Positions 19,331 through 27,816 of a stretch of DNA of 64,000 nucleotides are shown one piece after another (positions within the stretch are counted from its first letter, which is position 1; each line of letters begins with the position of its first letter). A program made the position numbers and the translations under genes. This DNA is from an uncultured Candidatus Saccharibacteria bacterium (GTDB lineage: Bacteria; Patescibacteriota; Minisyncoccia; Phycocordibacterales; PALSA-1337). The notes below the pieces were generated by a model, which was not told the DNA's origin, ran no database searches, and saw nothing but the letters and a program-made list of their open reading frames with translations. The stretch is from contig CAZBVQ010000001.1 of the NCBI GenBank assembly GCA_964495685.1, forward strand, positions 373,568 through 437,567, in the 5' to 3' direction.

Positions 19331-19565
19331 TGGACGACACGAGTCCTTCCTTGATCAACTACTCACTAGTCTTCGTAAGAGGGATGGTGAAGAGGAGATC
19401 GGCAGGCTCAAAAAGGAACTTCAGGGGTTCACTCGGGAAGCGACTTGTCGCGAAGCAATCGTTCAGTTGATTGCCAAGCAGAAGTTGCGGTACCGGCTGG
19501 CGCTCCTCTTGTTGAAACCAACCCTCATCATTCCTTATTTGATACGCATCAAGCGAATCCGGTAG
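19317..19565 (+). CDS. Small helical protein with hydrophobic/basic C-terminal tail (partner of the nuclease gene)
   Basis: ATGA start/stop overlap with the upstream gene. Charged coiled-coil-like N-terminal half, then LALLLLKPTLIIPYLIRIKRIR. Followed by a 10-bp-stem terminator (CACCCCCATCC/GGATGGGGGT) at 19573-19603. Confidence 0.3.
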   Translation: MSERNGRHESFLDQLLTSLRKRDGEEEIGRLKKELQGFTREATCREAIVQLIAKQKLRYRLALLLLKPTLIIPYLIRIKRIR

Positions 19566-19632
19566 GGATCACCCCCATCCAACGAAAGAAGGATGGGGGT
19601 TAAAACATGGTCAATTTTATTTTCTTATTGAG

Positions 19633-21387
19633 CTATCTTCTCTCTCTGATTTCCTCTACCAATTTTTTCACCACCTCATCCACGCTCATCTGCCCGACCT
19701 GTCCCTTGTCTCTACTTTCCAGTGTCACCTTACCAGCCTGAATATCTTTGTCGCCAATGATGATTGTATAAGGCACACGTGCATTCTTGGCGGCGCGTAT
19801 TTTTTTGCCGAAATTGTCATTTGAGTCATAAAAGTCAGAACGAATCATGGCGGCACGGAGCGCCTCGTGGATTTTCTTGGCTTCGTCGGCATGCGCTTCA
19901 GCGACGGGAATAACGGCTACTTGTGTCGGTGCCAGCCAGAGAGGGAAGTTGCCACCGTAGTGTTCTATGAGGAAGCCAATGAAGCGTTCATGAGTACCGA
20001 GTGGTGCACGGTGAATACAAAGAGGTGTCTTGGCGACACCATCTTTGTCAGTATAGGTAAGACCGAATCGAGCTGGTACAGCGAAGTCGACCTGGTTGGT
20101 GGCAAGGGTAAATTCACGACCAATGGCACTCCAGACCTGCACATCAATTTTGGGACCATAGAAAGCGGCTTCGTTGGGAACTTCAATAAAAGGAATTTTT
20201 GAATCCACGAGCACTTTGCGGACCATGTCCTCGGTCTTCTTCCAGAGCGCTGGTTCGTTGACGAACTTCTGGCCCAATTTCCTGGGATCATGAGTCGAGA
20301 AACGCATGACGTACTTGTCGACACCGAAAATCTTGAAATACTGGAGATACATATCATTCACGGCCTTGAATTCATCGGCAAACTGTTCTTCTGTGCAGTA
20401 CATGTGCGCATCATTCATCTGGAGTGTGCGTACGCGCATGAGTCCGAAGAGCTCACCTGATTTCTCGTGACGATAACAGGTGCCGTATTCTGCCAAGCGA
20501 AGTGGTAGGTCGCGATAGCTCTTGGGACGAGCTCCGAAAATCTTGTGGTGATGCGGACAGTTCATGGCTTTCAGATAATATTTGCCGCCCTCGTATTCCA
20601 TCGGAGGATACATGGACTCTTCGTAGTAAGGCAGGTGACCACTCTTCAGGTACATTGATTCCTTGGCGATATGCGGTGTGCGTACACGAACATAGCCCAT
20701 TTTGAATTCAGTCTCTTTTGCCAATTTTTCTAGTTCCTCGACCAAGACTGCACCGTTCGGCAACCAGAGGGGGAGCCCTGGGCCGACATCATCATCAAAT
20801 TCGAAGAGGTCGAGCTCTTTGCCTAGCTTGCGGTGATCGCGCTTCTCAGCTTCTTTCATCATAGTTTCGTACTCGTCTAGGCCGGGCCTGGACTCGAACG
20901 CCAGGCCGTAGATACGCGTCAGTTGCGCGTTCTCCTCACTTCCACGCCAGTAGGCGCCAGCGAGTCGATTGAGCTTGAAACAATCAGATGGGATATCCTT
21001 TGCGGGATTTTCGATATGGCCACCACGGCAGAGGTCAGTAAATTTGCCCATAGTGTAGAAGGTAATTTTTTCACCCTTCTCAGCAATCTCATTGATGAGC
21101 TCTATCTTGTACGGATTGGTCTTGAAATGCTCCAGAGCTTCTTCTTTGCTGACTTCCTTGTGCTCGACTGATTTCCATGAAGGTAGAAGTTTGCGCATTT
21201 TCTTTTCGATATCCTTGAGGTCTTTCTCAACGATAGGAGTCTTGAATTCGAAGTCGTAATAAAAACCGTTATCGATGGCAGGACCGATGGTCGGCTTGGT
21301 GTCGGGATGTAGTTCAAGTACCGCCGCGGCCAAGAGGTGGGCGAGTGTGTGACGGAGATGGGGGAGGTGGTCGTTTGTTGGATTCAT
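19633..21387 (-). CDS. thrS: Threonine--tRNA ligase (short form lacking the N-terminal TGS domain)
   Basis: Class II core plus N2 editing-domain HxxxH region (LRHTLAHLLAAAV), motifs 2/3, C-terminal anticodon-binding domain. Confidence 0.9.
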   Translation of the reverse strand: MNPTNDHLPHLRHTLAHLLAAAVLELHPDTKPTIGPAIDNGFYYDFEFKTPIVEKDLKDIEKKMRKLLPSWKSVEHKEVSKEEALEHFKTNPYKIELINEIAEKGEKITFYTMGKFTDLCRGGHIENPAKDIPSDCFKLNRLAGAYWRGSEENAQLTRIYGLAFESRPGLDEYETMMKEAEKRDHRKLGKELDLFEFDDDVGPGLPLWLPNGAVLVEELEKLAKETEFKMGYVRVRTPHIAKESMYLKSGHLPYYEESMYPPMEYEGGKYYLKAMNCPHHHKIFGARPKSYRDLPLRLAEYGTCYRHEKSGELFGLMRVRTLQMNDAHMYCTEEQFADEFKAVNDMYLQYFKIFGVDKYVMRFSTHDPRKLGQKFVNEPALWKKTEDMVRKVLVDSKIPFIEVPNEAAFYGPKIDVQVWSAIGREFTLATNQVDFAVPARFGLTYTDKDGVAKTPLCIHRAPLGTHERFIGFLIEHYGGNFPLWLAPTQVAVIPVAEAHADEAKKIHEALRAAMIRSDFYDSNDNFGKKIRAAKNARVPYTIIIGDKDIQAGKVTLESRDKGQVGQMSVDEVVKKLVEEIRERR

Positions 21388-21690
21388 GTTGTGTGTTTGC
21401 GCAGGTCTACCCTGCGCATGTTATTGATAAATAAAACGCCCGAGTATATACGCGAAAATTCACGTACATACTCGGGCGGAGAACTAATGTTCTTCGTGGT
21501 TCCACCGAGTTTCCCTTCGACAAGCGTAGGGCACTCTTTGGTACAGATTGGTCTCGACTGTGAGATCGGATGGATCCGACTACGATTGGTGGCCGTAGCG
21601 ACTTCTGTGCAGGTAATTATATAATTTCTTTTATATTCAGTAAATAGGATGTGTAGTTGCGCATACATAAATATTATGGCACACTATTTT
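21388..21690 (-). promoter_or_regulatory. Putative T-box leader of thrS (minus strand)
   Basis: Minus-strand CUCGGUGGAACCACG at plus 21494-21512 resembles the T-box consensus AGGGUGGNACCGCG. Downstream terminator at 21437-21478 (CGCCCGAGUAU ... AUACUCGGGCG plus U-run), whose 3' arm is mimicked by the T-box CUCGG (antiterminator logic). An upstream hairpin loop GCCACCAAU contains the Thr codon ACC followed by A. Confidence 0.4.
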
Positions 21691-21709
21691 AGAACAAAGA
21701 GAGGATTCT

Positions 21710-22024
21710 ATGAGCGAAGAATATGATCCAGATACGTTACAACATGTCCAGAGTGGTGATTACATTGAATTTGTACCGTGGATTGTTGAGGAAAACGTCC
21801 AAGGGCACGAACGACTAGTTGCTTACTTTGGTGGTCATGGACCGTTCAAGGTTACCTCAATCGGCGGTGGAAAACATGGACTCTTCACCCTCTCGATTGA
21901 AGGAAAAGGAGCGCTTACAGGGGTTTATTCTAACAGCCTGTTCCGCAAAGTAGTTCCACGACACCCACCTCGTCCGACTTATACACTTGCTGAAATGGGT
22001 TTTGAATCTCCGCAGGAACGATAG
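21710..22024 (+). CDS. Hypothetical protein
   Basis: 104-aa ORF with no recognisable motif. Confidence 0.35.
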   Translation: MSEEYDPDTLQHVQSGDYIEFVPWIVEENVQGHERLVAYFGGHGPFKVTSIGGGKHGLFTLSIEGKGALTGVYSNSLFRKVVPRHPPRPTYTLAEMGFESPQER

Positions 22025-22066
22025 GCGAGGCAGAAAAGATGGGGCCAGGTATAGCCACCAGCACAG

Positions 22067-23224
22067 ATGGTCCACGCGCCGATGACTTCGGCGCTTTTTA
22101 AATATTCATTTTCCCCGTATACTTACCCCATGACCACCATCCTCATCATCCTTGTAATCGTCGCCATTCTGGCCAACATTTTCATGTTCGTGTTCTTCAT
22201 GCGCAAGAATCGTGTGGCTGAACAGCCAAAGGACGACACAGGACTGAAGCTTATTCTAGAACAAATCAACGAAATGTCGCGTACTGTAGATCGCAAGGTG
22301 GGAGATTTGACCAAAACTGTTGATCACAAAATCAACGAATCATCCCGCAACGTTCAAGATTCAATGCGCGCGCAACTTTCTGAGTCGTCGAAGCTCATTA
22401 AGGAGGTGACGCAGGGTCTTACCAAGCTTGATGAGACAAACAAGCAGGTGGTGTCATTTGCCGACCAGCTCCAGAACCTCCAAGACATTCTCAAAAATCC
22501 GAAACATCGCGGTATTCTCGGTGAATATTATCTCGAGACACTTCTCAAGAACGTCTTGGCTCCTGGGCAATATCAGATGCAATATCCTTTCAAGAATGGG
22601 GAAATCGTCGATGCGGCTGTTTTCGTCAAAGATAAGATTATTCCCGTCGACTCCAAGTTTTCGTTGGAAAACTACAACAAGTTAGTTGAAGAAAAGAATC
22701 CTGCAGAAAAAGAGAAGCTGGAAAAGGCTTTCGTAGGAGACCTGAAAATCCGTATTCAGGAAACCGCCAAGTATGTCAGGCCTGCAGAGAAGACTATGGA
22801 CTTTGCCTTCATGTTTATTCCGCACGAGGCTATTTATTATGATTTATTGGTCAATAAGATCGGCATGGCGGCTGATGAAACCGATAATTTGATCCAGCGT
22901 GCTGCGAGTAAATATAAGGTTATTATCGTCTCTCCGACATCATTTTTGGCCTATTTGCAAACGGTATTACAGGGCTTGAAGGCCATGCAGATCGAGGAAA
23001 CGGCCAAAGATATCATCAAGCATGTGGGGCAGTTGGGGACTCATCTCAAGAAGTATGAGGATTATCACAATAAGCTCGGAACTTCGCTTTCGACCGTGGT
23101 CAATCATTTCAACAATTCGGGCAAGGAGCTCAAGAAGGTAGATAAGGATGTTCTGCGTATTACAGGGGAGACTCCGGGGATTGATGTGGCACTGATAGAA
23201 AAGCCTGAAACTGAGGAGGAATAG
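22067..23224 (+). CDS. rmuC: DNA recombination protein RmuC
   Basis: N-terminal TM helix (TTILIILVIVAILANIFMFVFF), long coiled coil, C-terminal RmuC-like region. The true start is possibly the internal Met at 22130. Confidence 0.7.
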   Translation: MVHAPMTSALFKYSFSPYTYPMTTILIILVIVAILANIFMFVFFMRKNRVAEQPKDDTGLKLILEQINEMSRTVDRKVGDLTKTVDHKINESSRNVQDSMRAQLSESSKLIKEVTQGLTKLDETNKQVVSFADQLQNLQDILKNPKHRGILGEYYLETLLKNVLAPGQYQMQYPFKNGEIVDAAVFVKDKIIPVDSKFSLENYNKLVEEKNPAEKEKLEKAFVGDLKIRIQETAKYVRPAEKTMDFAFMFIPHEAIYYDLLVNKIGMAADETDNLIQRAASKYKVIIVSPTSFLAYLQTVLQGLKAMQIEETAKDIIKHVGQLGTHLKKYEDYHNKLGTSLSTVVNHFNNSGKELKKVDKDVLRITGETPGIDVALIEKPETEEE

Positions 23225-23329
23225 GGGAGAGGTATTTTCTAGGTGTCCGTTCATGTGCATGCAAGGAAGGATGGATCTGGTAGGCTGAAGTACTGGTATT
23301 TTTGGATAATATGGTGTTATAATTCACAC

Positions 23330-23845
23330 ATGACTAAACCATCATCTTTCCTTTTAATCAAGACCAACCTGAATTCTCTTAGGGTTGTAAGGTCTGTCAA
23401 AGAGAGTCCATTTGTGAAATGGGCAAGTGTCGTGTATGGACCGTATCAGATAGTGGCCTACGTCCAGACTGATACTGATACAGAAATGGCAAATTTTATT
23501 GAAGATTTGCGTTCACGAAGATTCATAACTGAGCTTGATGCTAGAATGGTAAAGGTCATTCCAGATGATGAGAAGCTTACTCTCCCCGAAGTAAAGGCAG
23601 AAAAAGTTGCTGTTCTACTTGTTAATGTTAATTATAAAGAAGAAAAAGAGAGAGTGGTCACTTACAATCTAAGGAAAGTCAAAGGTATAAAGCTGGCGAG
23701 AGCCATGTGGGGCCCCGCTGACATAATCGCGATTGTGGAAGCTGAGGACGCTGAAGCTATGAGAAATAAGATATGTGATGAAGTAAAAACAATGAAAGGT
23801 GTCATTTCGAACACCACATTATACTGTTATCCTAATTCTCTATGA
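23330..23845 (+). CDS. Tandem Lrp/AsnC C-terminal (RAM/ACT-like) ligand-binding domain protein without HTH
   Basis: Two repeats with the AsnC-C pattern (FLLIKTNLNSLRVV ... VYGPYQIVAYVQT ... ; VAVLLVNVNYKEE ... ADIIAIVEAED ...). Start choice (23330 vs 23243) is uncertain. Overlaps the downstream gene by 4 nt. Confidence 0.45.
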   Translation: MTKPSSFLLIKTNLNSLRVVRSVKESPFVKWASVVYGPYQIVAYVQTDTDTEMANFIEDLRSRRFITELDARMVKVIPDDEKLTLPEVKAEKVAVLLVNVNYKEEKERVVTYNLRKVKGIKLARAMWGPADIIAIVEAEDAEAMRNKICDEVKTMKGVISNTTLYCYPNSL

Positions 23846-24963
23846 AAAATAAACCTGTAGCTTTTGGTGCACTTATCTTGGTCATAGTCGCAATTGTATT
23901 GGCCGTTGTTTATTTGCCGACGCGACAGAAGGTGGCTATAGACCCTCTGAAGATCGGTGTAGATTTTCCACTGACAGGTAATCTTGCCAGATATGGCGAG
24001 TGGGGCAAAAGGGCCATTGAGATAGCTTCGGAAGAAACAAATGCCTCGGGAGGTGTTAATGGCTTACCAGTGCAAGTCTTTTTTGAGGACAACCAAGGTG
24101 AACCTTCGAAGGCGCTTTCTGCGTATCAAAAGATGAAAAGTCTAGATGGTATCGACGCAGTAATGACACTCGTAAGTTCTATTGCACTTATTGTCCAGAA
24201 GAGTGCTGAACAGGACAAGATCGTCCAAATGGACACATCTGCGTCGACCCCAGCATACAGTACTCCCAATGACTATTCCTTCAGGACAGGTGTAGTTGCT
24301 ACTCAGCTTGCAAAGGATGCGGCGCATATTCTCCAGGATAAGTTTAATGCCAAAAATATTGCAATTTTAAGTATTAATAACGATTTCGGTAAAGGGATGG
24401 TCGGTGTATTTAAGAGTTCATTCAAGGGTACTATCGTCGTGGAGCAGACATTTAATCAGGATGGGATAGATTTTAGAACTCAGCTTCTGAATTTAAAAAA
24501 ACAAAATGTTGATTTTATATTTTTGGTTGGGCACATAAAAGAGTCCGGTCTTCTTGTTAGACAAGCAAGAGAACTTGGCATCAAAACTCCCATCTTTAGT
24601 GACGTGTATTCGGTTGAGGGACCAGAATTTATCCAAAATGCAGGAGAGCTTGCTGATGGGATAGTGTATCTGGGCATACAATTTGATGCGGATAATAAAA
24701 GCCCTGAGGTTTCAAAATTTGTTACTGCATATCGAGCCAAATACGGCGAAGATCCTGGAGTGTATGCCGCACAAGCATACGACGGTATCATGGCCCTAAT
24801 CAAGGCCTACGATAAATGCCCAGACAATGAGTGCGCCAAGAGACAACTGTTTACGACAGATTTTCAAGGAGTTTCTGGTCGAATCAAATTTGATGAGAAT
24901 GGTGACGTGATAAAAGATGTTGTCCTAAAAACAATAAAAGACGGTAAGTTTGTAAACTATTAA
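23842..24963 (+). CDS. ABC-type branched-chain amino-acid-family substrate-binding protein (Peripla_BP_6-like), N-terminally membrane anchored; no cognate permease or ATPase in the window
   Basis: Signal-anchor (VAFGALILVIVAIVLAVVYL). Periplasmic binding protein type I fold motifs (IGVDFPLTGNLARYGEWGKRAIEIASEE; AILSINNDFGKG; FIFLVGH). Confidence 0.7.
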   Translation: MKNKPVAFGALILVIVAIVLAVVYLPTRQKVAIDPLKIGVDFPLTGNLARYGEWGKRAIEIASEETNASGGVNGLPVQVFFEDNQGEPSKALSAYQKMKSLDGIDAVMTLVSSIALIVQKSAEQDKIVQMDTSASTPAYSTPNDYSFRTGVVATQLAKDAAHILQDKFNAKNIAILSINNDFGKGMVGVFKSSFKGTIVVEQTFNQDGIDFRTQLLNLKKQNVDFIFLVGHIKESGLLVRQARELGIKTPIFSDVYSVEGPEFIQNAGELADGIVYLGIQFDADNKSPEVSKFVTAYRAKYGEDPGVYAAQAYDGIMALIKAYDKCPDNECAKRQLFTTDFQGVSGRIKFDENGDVIKDVVLKTIKDGKFVNY

Positions 24964-25056
24964 AAGAGCATTTACCGGGCTCTCTTTCAAAGAGAGGTCT
25001 TCGGGAAACATTGGTGCTATTCTATTGCTGAAACTGAGGAGGAATAGGGGTATTTT

Positions 25057-25094
25057 CCAGGCCCGGCCTAGAAAATATTCTAGGCCGGGCCTGG
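25057..25094. repeat. 38-nt perfect palindrome CCAGGCCCGGCCTAGAAAATATTCTAGGCCGGGCCTGG followed by a T-run
   Basis: Perfect dyad including the centre AATATT. Lies between the SBP gene stop and the rplU extended -10 element (TGTATAATG at about 25118-25126). Confidence 0.7.
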
Positions 25095-25116
25095 AATTTG
25101 CGTTTTTTGGGTCTTC

Positions 25117-25452
25117 ATGTATAATGTTCTGACTATGCAATTCGCAGTTATCGCAACCGGTGGCAAGCAGTACACAGTCTCAAAAGGGGATGTTATCTCC
25201 ATTGAGAAGATTACGGGTACCTACAAAGAGGGTGACAAGATCACTTTCGACAAGGTACTCCTCACTGATGACGGCAAAGATACTACGATCGGCACTCCCT
25301 ATATCCCCAAGGCCTCAGTCGTTGGTACTATTACACAGATTGGTCGCGCCCCGAAGATTATGGTTGTCCACTACAAGCAGAAGAGTCGTTACTACAAGAA
25401 AAACGGCCATCGCCAGCCTTTCTTCAAGGTCAAGATCGATAGTCTCAAATAA
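25117..25452 (+). CDS. rplU: 50S ribosomal protein L21
   Basis: MQFAVIATGGKQYTVSKGDVISIEKI ... is the L21 signature. Followed by terminator AAAAAACCGCTTGATGGCGGTTTTTTT at 25453-25480. No rpmA follows. Confidence 0.85.
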   Translation: MYNVLTMQFAVIATGGKQYTVSKGDVISIEKITGTYKEGDKITFDKVLLTDDGKDTTIGTPYIPKASVVGTITQIGRAPKIMVVHYKQKSRYYKKNGHRQPFFKVKIDSLK

Positions 25453-25492
25453 AAAAACCGCTTGATGGCGGTTTTTTTGTTGGTTTGATTGT

Positions 25493-26116
25493 TCAGTGCC
25501 TATTTTGCAAAGCGTTCTTTATGGTCTCACCATCAACATATTCGAGTTCGGCACCAGTGGAGAGTCCACGACCTAGTATGGTGATCTTCAAATTCGACTG
25601 ATTTTTGGTCACTTTCTGAATAGCTTCACGGACGATGGTGGCTGTATGTTCGCCATCGGGCGTTGCGTTCAGAGAGAGAATAACTTCTCGAAGCGGGGAC
25701 TTTTTTTGTGTGACATGCTCCAGTAATTTCTCTAGACGAATCCGCTTCTCTGGTTCTTTGTCCAAAATAGGGACGGTGCCGCCAAGGATGAAATACAGGC
25801 CTTTGTAGGCTCCACTCTTCTCAACTGTTTCGAAGTCAGAATCTCGAGCGACAATCATGAGGGTTTCTCCGTCACGTGAGGTATCCGAACAGATTGAACA
25901 GTGATGCGAGGCCTTGGTACCGGTATGAGCGGTAAAAAAACGGTAGCATTGTACGCATTGTGATGTAGAATGACGCACTTCTTCGATGAGTTGTGTGAGT
26001 TCTTTGATGGAAGAGGGTGATTTGTTGAGCAGATAATAGACAAATCGCTTGGCCTGACGCGGGCCGATGCCGGGGAATTTGGCGAAATGTTCTTCGAGTT
26101 TGCGTAGAGAATCCAT
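25493..26116 (-). CDS. recR: Recombination protein RecR
   Basis: HhH N-terminus (FPGIGPRQAKRFVYYLL), C4 zinc finger (CVQCYRF ... CSICSD), Toprim domain. Confidence 0.9.
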   Translation of the reverse strand: MDSLRKLEEHFAKFPGIGPRQAKRFVYYLLNKSPSSIKELTQLIEEVRHSTSQCVQCYRFFTAHTGTKASHHCSICSDTSRDGETLMIVARDSDFETVEKSGAYKGLYFILGGTVPILDKEPEKRIRLEKLLEHVTQKKSPLREVILSLNATPDGEHTATIVREAIQKVTKNQSNLKITILGRGLSTGAELEYVDGETIKNALQNRH

Positions 26117-26121
26117 AGTAA

Positions 26122-27501
26122 TTACATCTTCTCAAACCCTCCGAAATCCGCCTTATCCATACTAAGGAAGGTGGTTTTCTTGCTATCGAAGAAGAGCTTG
26201 GCGATACCGGTCGGACCATTGCGGTGCTTCTCGATAAGGATCTCCGCTTCTTCTTTGCGGCCACCTCCTTCCTGATCAGATTCACGGTGGATGAACATGA
26301 CCACGTCAGCATCTTGTTCGATAGAACCTGAGTCACGGAGGTCAGAAAGACGAGGTTTGCCGCCACGTTGCTCCACGGCACGAGAGAGCTGTGAGAGGGC
26401 GAGGACGGGTACCTCGAGTTCGCGAGCTAGATTCTTGAGAGAGCGGGAAATCTCAGTGACCTGCTGGACGAGGTTGTCAGTATTCCTCGTCTGCGTCGGC
26501 ACCATGAGCTGGAGATAGTCGACGATGATGAGACCGAGTCCCTTCTCATTCTTGAGACGACGAGCGGTGGCACGCATCTTGAGGATATTGTTGCCCGCTT
26601 GATCGTCAATGTAGATCGGAGCATCAGAGAGACGACCGATGGCATCACCGATGGCCTTGAAATCTTCTTGGACGGACAGATTGTGACCGGTACGGATCTT
26701 CCAGTTGTCGACTTGAGACTCAGCAGAGAGCATACGGTCGACCAGCTGCTGCGAACTCATTTCGAGAGAGAATATGGCCACAGGAACTTTGTGATTGATG
26801 GCAGATTTGCGGGCGATGTCGAGTGCGAGAGATGTCTTACCCATAGAAGGACGTGCGGCAAGAATAATGAGGTCTGATTTCTGGAAACCAGCTAGCTTGT
26901 TGTCGAGCTCGACGAAACCAGTCGGTACGCCGCGGAGCTCATCCTTGGTCTTGTGGAGATGGTCGAGACGTTCCCAGGCCTCAGAGAGAGTGTCTTTGAG
27001 GGCGATGAATTTGTGCGAACCGGTCTTGTTGGTGACAGCGTAGAGGGCTTTTTCGGCTTTCTCGAGGATGTCGTGGAGCTCGGCTTCTTCGTCGTACCCG
27101 AGTCCGGTGATGTGCTCGGCAGCACGGAGGAGCTCTCGCATGATGTGCTTCTTCTGGACGATTTCAGCGTAATGGGTGGCGTTGGTCGAAGAAGGGACTG
27201 CGTTGACGAGTTCGCTCAAGTAGGTGATTCCGCCATTCTGTTCGAGATGGCCTTTTTCTTTGAGACGTGCAGAGACTGAGAGCATGTCGATGGGAGTACC
27301 CTTGCTGTGAAGCTCGAACAAGGTAGCCCATATAGCTTTGTGCTGGTTTGAATAGAACGATGCTTCGCCGACGACGTCGACGATGTCATGCATGACTTCT
27401 CCTCGGATCATGATAGATCCGAGCAAGGCCTTTTCAGCCTCAATATTCTGAGGAGGTATCTTGAGATCTTTGGTCTTGAAATAGGGAGACGTCGTGCTCA
27501 T
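26122..27501 (-). CDS. dnaB: Replicative DNA helicase DnaB
   Basis: DnaB N-terminal domain, Walker A (ARPSMGKTSLAL), motifs H3/H4 (IIVDYLQLM; ALSQLSRAVE). Confidence 0.9.
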   Translation of the reverse strand: MSTTSPYFKTKDLKIPPQNIEAEKALLGSIMIRGEVMHDIVDVVGEASFYSNQHKAIWATLFELHSKGTPIDMLSVSARLKEKGHLEQNGGITYLSELVNAVPSSTNATHYAEIVQKKHIMRELLRAAEHITGLGYDEEAELHDILEKAEKALYAVTNKTGSHKFIALKDTLSEAWERLDHLHKTKDELRGVPTGFVELDNKLAGFQKSDLIILAARPSMGKTSLALDIARKSAINHKVPVAIFSLEMSSQQLVDRMLSAESQVDNWKIRTGHNLSVQEDFKAIGDAIGRLSDAPIYIDDQAGNNILKMRATARRLKNEKGLGLIIVDYLQLMVPTQTRNTDNLVQQVTEISRSLKNLARELEVPVLALSQLSRAVEQRGGKPRLSDLRDSGSIEQDADVVMFIHRESDQEGGGRKEEAEILIEKHRNGPTGIAKLFFDSKKTTFLSMDKADFGGFEKM

Positions 27502-27572
27502 GTGCTGATTGTATCACAGGGGCAGGAATGTGTCGGCGCGCACGTTATGAAATGGGTGGAAAAGGTGTGGAG

Positions 27573-27679
27573 ATCCCCGACAATGTATGCGCACAGGCCC
27601 CAGAAAGGAGAACTTCGTGGTATGCGGAGTGAGTGCCAAGATCTGTTTCTGGGGCCTGTGCGCATACATTGTTGGGGAT
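27573..27679 (+). ncRNA. Structured hairpin element, copy 1: 34-bp near-perfect stem enclosing a conserved ~33-nt core
   Basis: Left arm 27573-27606 pairs with right arm 27646-27679 (one G-T position, which is G-U on the plus transcript). Loop 27607-27645 contains CTTCGTGGTATGCGGAGTGAGTGCCAAGATC, nearly identical to the loop of copy 2. Confidence 0.45.
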
Positions 27680-27816
27680 TTTCATGGCGAATGTTGTTGT
27701 TTACTAGACCATATAAATAAATCTTCAGCGAATCTTCAGCGAATCTTCATTTTTTCTTCATGCACCATTGGTACTGTACATACATTATTAGCAACCCATA
27801 ATACACTTCCAATTTC

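Noticed and set aside
27721-27750. Tandem 11-mer ATCTTCAGCGA repeated 2.6 times upstream of the pilin-like gene.
   Set aside because: Far too short and without spacers to be a CRISPR array. Probably a trivial tandem duplication in a promoter region. Noted only as a minor repeat.
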